This document shows positions 59,101-64,000 of a stretch of 64,000 bases of DNA, in pieces. Within the stretch, counting starts at the first letter, position 1. Every line of letters begins with the position of its first letter. Below the pieces are notes generated by a model. The model did not search any database. It saw only the letters and a program-made list of their open reading frames with translations, and had not been told where the DNA came from. The DNA comes from an uncultured Acidimicrobiia bacterium. Its GTDB lineage: Bacteria > Actinomycetota > Acidimicrobiia > Spongiisociales > UBA5794. The stretch lies in assembly GCA_963714375.1 (NCBI GenBank), contig CAVQOG010000006.1:287603-351602 (forward strand), in the 5' to 3' direction. Position numbers and translations under genes: made by a program.

Positions 59101-59517
59101 CCTGCTGATTGCGGCATATCCGTGTGGATCCGGTGCAAGAAGCACGAGGTGGTCGGTCTCGGGGCGTTCCGTCGGCTTGGTTCCGTGCATACGCCGGATG
59201 CGACCCCTTCGAGTGAGGTCATTCACACCGGTAATCGGAACGATCTCGTCAACCGGTTCGAGAAGTGCGGTGATTGATTTCTCGGATGCTGCGATATTGC
59301 GTGTAGGCATACCAATTTCGGTTCCATAGACGACGGGAAGACCTATGGCTGAAGCGTGTGCGTGTACCTGGACGGCACCGCGGAACCCATCGTGATCGGT
59401 AATACCGAGCGCCTCATACCCGAGTTCGGCAGCTCGTGCCACCAGTTCGCCTGCCCACGAAGCACCATCGAGGAACGAGTAATTCGTGTGGCAGTGCAGC
59501 TCGGCGTATCGACTCAT
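56194..59517 (-). CDS. dnaE2: error-prone DNA polymerase DnaE2 (ImuC)
   Basis: PHP domain start MSRYAELHCHTNYSFLDGAS, polymerase core and OB domain. About 1107 aa, without the tau-binding C-terminus of DnaE1. Confidence 0.9.
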   Translation of the reverse strand: MSRYAELHCHTNYSFLDGASWAGELVARAAELGYEALGITDHDGFRGAVQVHAHASAIGLPVVYGTEIGMPTRNIAASEKSITALLEPVDEIVPITGVNDLTRRGRIRRMHGTKPTERPETDHLVLLAPDPHGYAAISRLVTRGQFRGQKDAPLYSYRDLTEAAHDGSLVALSGCWQGAIPRAAATGDLFGAMEQAARLKDIFGDRFFIELTHHGLPMDDDRNGLLAEVGARLSIPTVATNNVHYAYCHDADLGEVLAAIGGRRSLEVSDGFRPATDLRHLRTSDDMAARFKRYPGAVERAADLGTSLAFDLDLLAPELPDFAMPGSFTTEDEYLASLVYEGARDVYPGSEDGIDPQARRRLEHELGVIESLGFAGYFLVAWDIVQFARNRNIYCQIRGSGADSAVCRCLKVTRVDPIRLGLPFERFLSHERGRPPDIDIDFEAERREEVIQYCYRRYGRERAAMVANVITYRAKSVLQDVGKAFGLTQAQVNGLTKYLDTRSPKALREAVDLPEGLTADHIYDVCHRLDGFPRHLGIHSGGMVITRRPLWETTPLEWGRMADRSVLQWDKNDTAMMGLVKFDLLALGALNALHLSVDLIADTHGIDVDLALIPQEPVVYDMLTRADTVGIFQVESRAQMATLPKMKPRTFYDLAVEVALIRPGPIQGQSVHPYLRRRNGEEPVTYLHPSAEPILAKTLGVPIFQEQLMELARVCAGFSPGQSDRLRQAMTHKRSDEEMAKLRDEVYSGMRANGIIGKPADDLWEKLQGFASFGFPESHSVSFAYIVYAASWLKYHWPAEFFAGLLNAQPMGFYSPNSLVADAVHHGVKVLTPDINHSIHDCTIEPHDDHGSDIATYLAGGWRRGMGAVDDPIRTPVALRLGLRYVRDLGESDITRIEAARFTGGSFVSPEDFAQRTGLSVTSHEALSASGAFGSLGVGKRDGMWLAGALADLGPDRLALGNGSAIPDLPRMEALETLEADLWSTGISLTHPVSLIRDQLDARGVMAIADGLRLRKHNSTIMVAGIVTHRQRPETAHGVRFFNLEDETGIMNVILMPPVWEANYEVARKAVGVVITGTLEYRDGVTNLVARRLMPWPAPEVASRDFR

Positions 59518-59530
59518 CCATGCATCATAA

Positions 59531-59546
59531 TCGAACACACGTTCGA
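59531..59546. promoter_or_regulatory. LexA (SOS) box upstream of dnaE2: TCGAAC-ACAC-GTTCGA (perfect)
   Basis: Lies 14 nt upstream of the dnaE2 start codon. Confidence 0.75.
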
Positions 59547-59633
59547 TTACTTGTGAGGATGCACGCGAAGGACGGTTATCGCGCTCTGCTCGATTCGGTT
59601 TCGCATTGGATGTTGGTGGCGTATGGTTGATCC

Positions 59634-60014
59634 ATGACCGAGTTCTCTGTTCGTCTCGCAAACACCCCGGGCCAACTAGCGACACTTGCCCGGATGCTGG
59701 CGGATGCAGAAGTCGGTATTGAGGCCTTCGCAACAATCGCAGATATGGACCAATCCCATGTGCGATTCATCGCAGACAACGACGCTCGTGTCCGCCGTGT
59801 TCTCCAACTCGCTGGCGTTCAATATGACGAGACCGATGTCCTCGACACCTTCATCCCTCGAGGAACATCCGGGTTGGCTGCGATGGCCGAAGGCCTCGCA
59901 AAGGCAGGCGTGAACATTGACTCGATGTACCTTCTCCACACCGATGCCCAGGGCTACCACATCGCGGTCACCGTCAGCGACCCCGATCTCGCCCGAACAG
60001 CCCTGGCGGGCTGA
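59634..60014 (+). CDS. ACT-domain protein
   Basis: Two short ACT-like beta-alpha-beta-beta-alpha-beta units; 126 aa. Confidence 0.6.
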   Translation: MTEFSVRLANTPGQLATLARMLADAEVGIEAFATIADMDQSHVRFIADNDARVRRVLQLAGVQYDETDVLDTFIPRGTSGLAAMAEGLAKAGVNIDSMYLLHTDAQGYHIAVTVSDPDLARTALAG

Positions 60015-60103
60015 AGTCCAGACGTCGGACATCGGTCATCAGATTCCGGTCATCGGTCATCGGACGTCGGACGTCGGTCATCGGATTTCGGTAGATTGCG
60101 CTT

Positions 60104-61114
60104 ATGAACCTCGGATTTGGTCTGCTTTCTGGTCAGCGTGCACCTGACGACCCACGGTCGTGGGAGGACGTCTACCGCGAGCTGATCGAACTCACCGTTC
60201 ACCTCGAACGTCGCGGCTACACGTCGGCGTGGACCACCGAGCACCATTTCGTCGACGACGGCTACATGCCGTCATTGCTCGTGACCTCCGCAGCCATGGC
60301 AGCAGTCACCTCCCGTATACAGATCGGAACTGGCCTGGTGCTCGCTCCGCTCCACAATCCGATCCGACTTGCTGAGGATGCTGCGACCGTCCAGCTGATC
60401 TCGCAGGGGCGTCTCCTCCTTGGGCTTGGCCTTGGCTGGTCGGAGACTGAGTACGCGACATTTGGCGTGGACATCACCAAGCGTGGAAAGGCCATGACGG
60501 AGATCCTGCAATTCCTCCCCAAGGCGTGGACAGGCGAACCGTTCACATGGGACGGCAATCTATATACCTATCCCGAACTGGCGGTTCGACCAGCACCGTC
60601 AGGTCCGATTCCGATCATCGTGGGAGGATCAGTCGACGCTGCGGTGAGGCGAGCCGCTCGATACGCAGACGGGTTCTTCTCGAACGCCTCTCCCGAGCGA
60701 TTCATCGCCCAGGTTGCTGCGGCAACCGAAGAGATGGAGCGTATCGATAGGGATCCGTCTGGCTTTCGCTGGATCCACTACAGCGTCATGTACCCGGGAC
60801 ATCGCGACGAGATCCTCGAGCACGTGTGGCACCAGATCTGGAAGTACACCGACATGGAGGATTCGGTGACTCGTGGAGGTCCGATTGCCCGAACACCGCC
60901 ATTGACGAACGACATTGCCGATCGGGTTCGCAGCCGTATTGTCGGTGGATCGCCGGAGGAGATCGTCCACACGATCGGTACATTGCGCGACCGCGTGGGG
61001 GTGCCGGTGGAATGGGTCGCTCGATCCCATTTCTCGGATCTCCATTACGGACCGCAGGTCGAACTCGTCGACCGGCTCGCCCAAGAAGTCGGCCCCCACC
61101 TGCCTGCGGACTGA
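60104..61114 (+). CDS. LLM-class (luciferase-like) flavin-dependent oxidoreductase
   Basis: TIM-barrel LLM signature (WTTEHHF, GLGLGW). Confidence 0.85.
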   Translation: MNLGFGLLSGQRAPDDPRSWEDVYRELIELTVHLERRGYTSAWTTEHHFVDDGYMPSLLVTSAAMAAVTSRIQIGTGLVLAPLHNPIRLAEDAATVQLISQGRLLLGLGLGWSETEYATFGVDITKRGKAMTEILQFLPKAWTGEPFTWDGNLYTYPELAVRPAPSGPIPIIVGGSVDAAVRRAARYADGFFSNASPERFIAQVAAATEEMERIDRDPSGFRWIHYSVMYPGHRDEILEHVWHQIWKYTDMEDSVTRGGPIARTPPLTNDIADRVRSRIVGGSPEEIVHTIGTLRDRVGVPVEWVARSHFSDLHYGPQVELVDRLAQEVGPHLPAD

Positions 61115-61148
61115 CGTCGGACATCGCACAGCAGACAGCAGACAGCAG

Positions 61149-61174
61149 AGAGCCTCGGATTGTTCCGAGGCTCT
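61149..61174 (+). terminator. GC-rich hairpin terminator after the LLM gene (agagcctcgg-attgtt-ccgaggctct)
   Basis: Perfect 10-bp stem and 6-nt loop. No U-tract, which is common for actinobacterial terminators. Confidence 0.5.
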
Positions 61175-61344
61175 CTCAATGCTGGGCGCTTACCACATGG
61201 CCTCATGGTCGATATTGACCCGCCGCAGTGCGACGTACGTATCTTGGCCATCAGCGCATATCCCGACCCCATGGTATCCCAGACAGCAGACACACGTCAA
61301 CGGTTACGCAGAACTGTCACAGCAGGTTCATACGGTGAAACTGC

Positions 61345-61433
61345 GGAGGGTTGGCAGAGAGGCCGAATGCGGTCGATTGGTATTCGGCTGGCCGGTTACG
61401 TACTGGTCCGGGGTTTGAATCCCCCACCCTCCG
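61345..61433 (+). tRNA. type-II (long variable arm) tRNA-like gene with apparent anticodon GGT; possibly a variant tRNA or a pseudogene
   Basis: Fold: acceptor GGAGGGT/ACCCTCC, D-stem GCA/TGC with 11-nt D-loop, anticodon stem GTCGA/TCGGC with loop TTGGTAT, 20-nt variable arm (CCGG-TTACGTA-CTGG) and T-arm CGGGG-TTTGAAT-CCCCC, then discriminator G + CC. Deviations: T instead of C at T-loop position 56, and a C:C pair at 49:65. Confidence 0.45.
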
Positions 61434-61499
61434 CCTTTGGGAACGAAGGCAGAAGTCAGAAGTCAAACCCCTGATGAGCAGGAGTTGCAAAGCAACCCA

Positions 61500-61517
61500 A
61501 CGTCGGCGGTAGCCGAC
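61500..61517. terminator. hairpin cgtcggc-ggta-gccgacg downstream of the minus-strand gene ending at 61544
   Basis: 7-bp perfect stem with 4-nt loop. Confidence 0.4.
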
Positions 61518-61543
61518 GCGCTGAAAGCCAAGAGCTGTGGGTC

Positions 61544-62527
61544 CTATACCGCGTCGACGGCCGAGAGGATCCAGGCGATTTCGTCTTCGGGATCCTCGAT
61601 ACCGAGATGCAGGTTCCAGCCCCCGATACGGTCGCCCGGATCCCAGAGGACCCAACGAAGTTCGTCAGCTTCGCCCCCAAGAACCGAGAGATCCTCAGGC
61701 GGTTCGTCGTATCCAAGCGCTTCGAGAAGCACCCACCACGCACCGGCGCGCCCTGTCGGTGTTCCTCGTCGGCGTCCGTGACCCCCACCGCTCGCACCAG
61801 CCCACACCATCGCCTCCATCGCGGTTGACGGATCGACATCAGCGATCCGGGCGCGCCTCGGTCCCAGAGCCCGGATTCCTGTCTCGATCGTCCCATCGAC
61901 GGTGATCGCTTCTGACTTTCCGAGCGAGTCCTCCCACCAAGGTTTTACGAGCTCCATCATTGCATGGCATACGCTGTCCTCGTCCTGGGGATCGTCAGAC
62001 TCGGGGAGGTCCGTCCAATCCATATCGATGTCGAAGATGTCGTCTGGAAAGACGGCGCGGTCCGACTGGTAGACGGCGACCGGATACTCCGGCTCCCACG
62101 CCTGGAGCTTCAACGGGACAGAAAGGACATGGGTGTCGATCCCATGGCTGTCGACCGTGTCGCCACGGATGGATCGCTCGTGAGCGATCATTGCCTTCAC
62201 CGTCGGTGCCAGGTCGTGGGAGGCGAATTCCTCCCACGGGTGTGTCGAGGCTGCGACCTCCCAAAGCGGCCCGAGAGCGAACCGTCCTCGACCGTCGGCA
62301 AAGATCCCTGCCCCAAACGAGACTGCCACCGGCGCTTCGAGTGCAAGCCGATACTCGGCGAACTGAGCAATGGCCCACACCTGCTTGCCGCGCTCGACAG
62401 CCTCCTCACACCTGTCCCTGAGATCGACGAGCTCATCCCACCCGCGGCGCTCACACACCGCGTCGATGCGGCGCGAGAGGCCCGCAAGATCCGATGCCTC
62501 AATGAGCGGTGTCAAGATGTCAGTCAC
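61544..62527 (-). CDS. hypothetical protein (acidic, 327 aa)
   Basis: Long ORF with consistent coding statistics; no recognisable motif. Confidence 0.5.
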   Translation of the reverse strand: MTDILTPLIEASDLAGLSRRIDAVCERRGWDELVDLRDRCEEAVERGKQVWAIAQFAEYRLALEAPVAVSFGAGIFADGRGRFALGPLWEVAASTHPWEEFASHDLAPTVKAMIAHERSIRGDTVDSHGIDTHVLSVPLKLQAWEPEYPVAVYQSDRAVFPDDIFDIDMDWTDLPESDDPQDEDSVCHAMMELVKPWWEDSLGKSEAITVDGTIETGIRALGPRRARIADVDPSTAMEAMVWAGASGGGHGRRRGTPTGRAGAWWVLLEALGYDEPPEDLSVLGGEADELRWVLWDPGDRIGGWNLHLGIEDPEDEIAWILSAVDAV

Positions 62528-62576
62528 ACGACAACCCTAGAGGCAGCAGCCGCAGTGAGCTCAACAAATCCTTCGA

Positions 62577-62996
62577 TTAGCCGACTCGCGGTTCTGCACA
62601 GGTATCGACCGCAATGTCGATGCCGGACGCTCCGAGGAAGCCGAGCGTGGCTGGGAGATACCGATCGCGTACCGTGACACACACCTGGAGTAGCGTCGCT
62701 TCGACATAGACGACAGCACTGCTACGGGCGAGCGCCGTCCCGACAGCCATCGATTCGTTCCTTGCACGCAAGGCATCGACCGCCACCGCATCGGCGTACG
62801 CTCGATCCTCAGCAAGCATCGCGGCCCCAGCCTCAGCCGCGGCATCTGCGGCGGCGGCCGCGGAGCGGTATGCGAATCCGAGCAGGGTGAGTTCCACGAC
62901 CAGGGCAACCATGACGAAGGACGTGAAGAGCAGCGCGCCAAACATGGGAAGCATCGAGCCACCCTCAGAGCGTTCGGTCAGCGTGCCACCCATCAT
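62577..62996 (-). CDS. TadE-like pseudopilin (Flp pilus assembly)
   Basis: N-terminal ER-S-EGGS followed by hydrophobic helix LLFTSFVMVALVVELTLLGFAY, typical of TadE/TadF. Confidence 0.55.
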   Translation of the reverse strand: MMGGTLTERSEGGSMLPMFGALLFTSFVMVALVVELTLLGFAYRSAAAAADAAAEAGAAMLAEDRAYADAVAVDALRARNESMAVGTALARSSAVVYVEATLLQVCVTVRDRYLPATLGFLGASGIDIAVDTCAEPRVG

Positions 62997-63388
62997 CAGC
63001 GACTACTGCGATAGGGACTGATCGGCATCTCAAATTCTGCCGACACGGTCGTCTGCACTTTCGAGCCACCAACAGCGATCAGCTCCACGTCGAGGGACGA
63101 CGAGACTCGCACGGTCTCGCCGTCAAGGTCGACGTGGATCTGTGATTGACGATCTCCCACAGGCATCTCTCCGTGACGGGCGTACCAAACAGCGACCGTC
63201 CGAGCCTCATCGGTAACGACATCCGTCGCCTCTGCCATCCGCACGGCGACGAGCAGAAACGGGATCGTTACCAACAGGACGGCAAAGCTGAGCACAAGCG
63301 TCTCGATCAGGGTGGTGCCCCTCTCCCCGAGAGTGGTGCCCCTCTCCCCGAGAGTGGTGCCCCTCTCCCCGACAGACAGTTCGGTCAC
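62996..63388 (-). CDS. TadE/TadF-like pseudopilin with N-terminal (GERGTTL)x3 repeat
   Basis: IETLVLSFAVLLVTIPFLLV pilin-like helix after a triple 7-aa repeat. Confidence 0.55.
   Translation of the reverse strand: MTELSVGERGTTLGERGTTLGERGTTLIETLVLSFAVLLVTIPFLLVAVRMAEATDVVTDEARTVAVWYARHGEMPVGDRQSQIHVDLDGETVRVSSSLDVELIAVGGSKVQTTVSAEFEMPISPYRSSR
63313..63375. repeat. 21-bp perfect tandem repeat x3 (gtggtgcccctctccccgaga) inside the TadE-like gene
   Basis: Direct reading; the third copy ends ...gaca. Confidence 0.85.
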
Positions 63389-63750
63389 GGTGGCACGACA
63401 ACCGGAGCAGCCCGGGTAACGGAGATCCGAATCGGAATGAGGTCAGGTCCTGGAGGTGCCCAATCGAACGAGACGGTCCCCGTAGCCAGGCGACCGTCCG
63501 ATGTCACGGAGATCTCGGCATCAATCGTCCCCGGGACGGTGGCACGCAGATCACGACCAAGTCGCTGCTGGACGACGGCGAGATCTCCGCTCGTAGCAGC
63601 GCGCCGAACCGCGCCTTCCACAGCAGCGGAGGCAGCACCCCTCGCAACCACGAGAAACCCGATCTGCACGATGAGCGTGAGCACAACAAAGAACACAAGC
63701 ATCGACGCCAAACCCTCAAGCGTTACCGATCCGTCGTTTCTGGATGGCAC
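63385..63750 (-). CDS. TadE-like pseudopilin
   Basis: GSVTLEGLASMLVFFVVLTLIVQIGFLVV N-terminus. Start placed at GTG 63750, immediately after the flp stop; the longer ORF-track version overlaps flp. Confidence 0.5.
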   Translation of the reverse strand: MPSRNDGSVTLEGLASMLVFFVVLTLIVQIGFLVVARGAASAAVEGAVRRAATSGDLAVVQQRLGRDLRATVPGTIDAEISVTSDGRLATGTVSFDWAPPGPDLIPIRISVTRAAPVVVPP

Positions 63751-63752
63751 AG

Positions 63753-63917
63753 TTAGCCGAAGAAACCCCCGAATTCGCCAGCGACGTTGCTCCAGATGTC
63801 GCCGGCAGTGCCCCGAACCTGTGGCAAGAGGAGTGCAATCACCAGGACGGCGATGGTCGCCAACCCAAGCCATTCGACGGTGGTCGCACCCCGTTGGCCT
63901 ATCAATCTGTCGAACAT
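63753..63917 (-). CDS. flp: Flp-family type IVb pilin (54 aa; below the ORF-track size cutoff)
   Basis: Translation MFDRLIGQRGATTVEWLGLATIAVLVIALLLPQVRGTAGDIWSNVAGEFGGFFG. It has the Flp motif (G-A-T-x-V-E-[YW]-G-L) and a hydrophobic stretch, and lies upstream of the tadE-like genes. Confidence 0.62.
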   Translation of the reverse strand: MFDRLIGQRGATTVEWLGLATIAVLVIALLLPQVRGTAGDIWSNVAGEFGGFFG

Positions 63918-64000
63918 GTTCCCTTCCTTCCTTTCGTGTGGTCACTGTGTACCCGATAGTTCCTTCAGCCCAACCAAGGTCGGATACAGGAGAAATAGCA

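Noticed and set aside
63385-63945. 186-aa ORF as given in the track for the first TadE-like gene
   Set aside because: Its first 65 codons overlap the Flp pilin gene out of frame and translate to an Arg/His-rich low-complexity peptide. It is truncated to the GTG at 63750.
1-64000. CRISPR arrays, insertion sequences/transposases, restriction-modification or other canonical defence genes
   Set aside because: None seen. No regularly spaced repeat-spacer arrays, no DDE/IS-family or serine-recombinase ORFs, no methyltransferase/REase motifs. The only mobility-associated genes are the integrase, the relaxase and the DUF222-HNH gene.

Overview
High-GC actinobacterial chromosome segment; mycothiol-type TIGR03083 protein, DUF222-HNH and the lexA/LysM/nrdR and dapF-miaA-miaB-rny-recA syntenies support that lineage. 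No CRISPR arrays or transposases were found.

- **Core genes:** most of the window is housekeeping, largely on the minus strand. It includes nrdR, lexA, dapF, miaA, miaB, rny, recA, thpR, cinA, rimO, the branched-chain/pyruvate dehydrogenase E1a/E1b/E2 operon, fadD-like ligase plus two thioesterases, ftsK, rnj, dapA, dapB, an M16 peptidase, arfB, yajQ, a PpnN/LOG-family protein, aroQ, an aspartate aminotransferase, serC, sixA, ltaE, msrB, dnaE2, a luciferase-like oxidoreductase and a Tad/Flp pilus locus at the right edge.
- **SOS regulon:** the actinobacterial LexA box (TCGAAC-N4-GTTCGA) occurs upstream of lexA (three tandem copies), recA and dnaE2.
- **Mobile element (most interesting region, about 2.2-7.6 kb):** a tyrosine integrase lies next to the 3' end of a tRNA-Val gene, followed by an intact MobF/TrwC relaxase-helicase. 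Between them is a cluster of 15-17 bp direct and inverted repeats. Together these look like an integrative mobilizable element or its remnant. A tRNA-Cys/tRNA-Gly/dut cluster lies just downstream.
- **Other loci worth a second look:**
  - A type-II tRNA-like gene at about 61.35 kb with an atypical GGT anticodon, in a repeat-rich noncoding island.
  - A translationally coupled pair at 37.95-41.2 kb: a large HExxH + VWA protein and an AAA_5/MoxR-like ATPase with non-canonical Walker motifs, flanked by a REP13E12-type DUF222-HNH gene.
  - An arfB gene with no canonical start codon.
  - A Flp pilin ORF missed by the ORF track.
  - Several short tandem or dispersed repeat families in intergenic regions.
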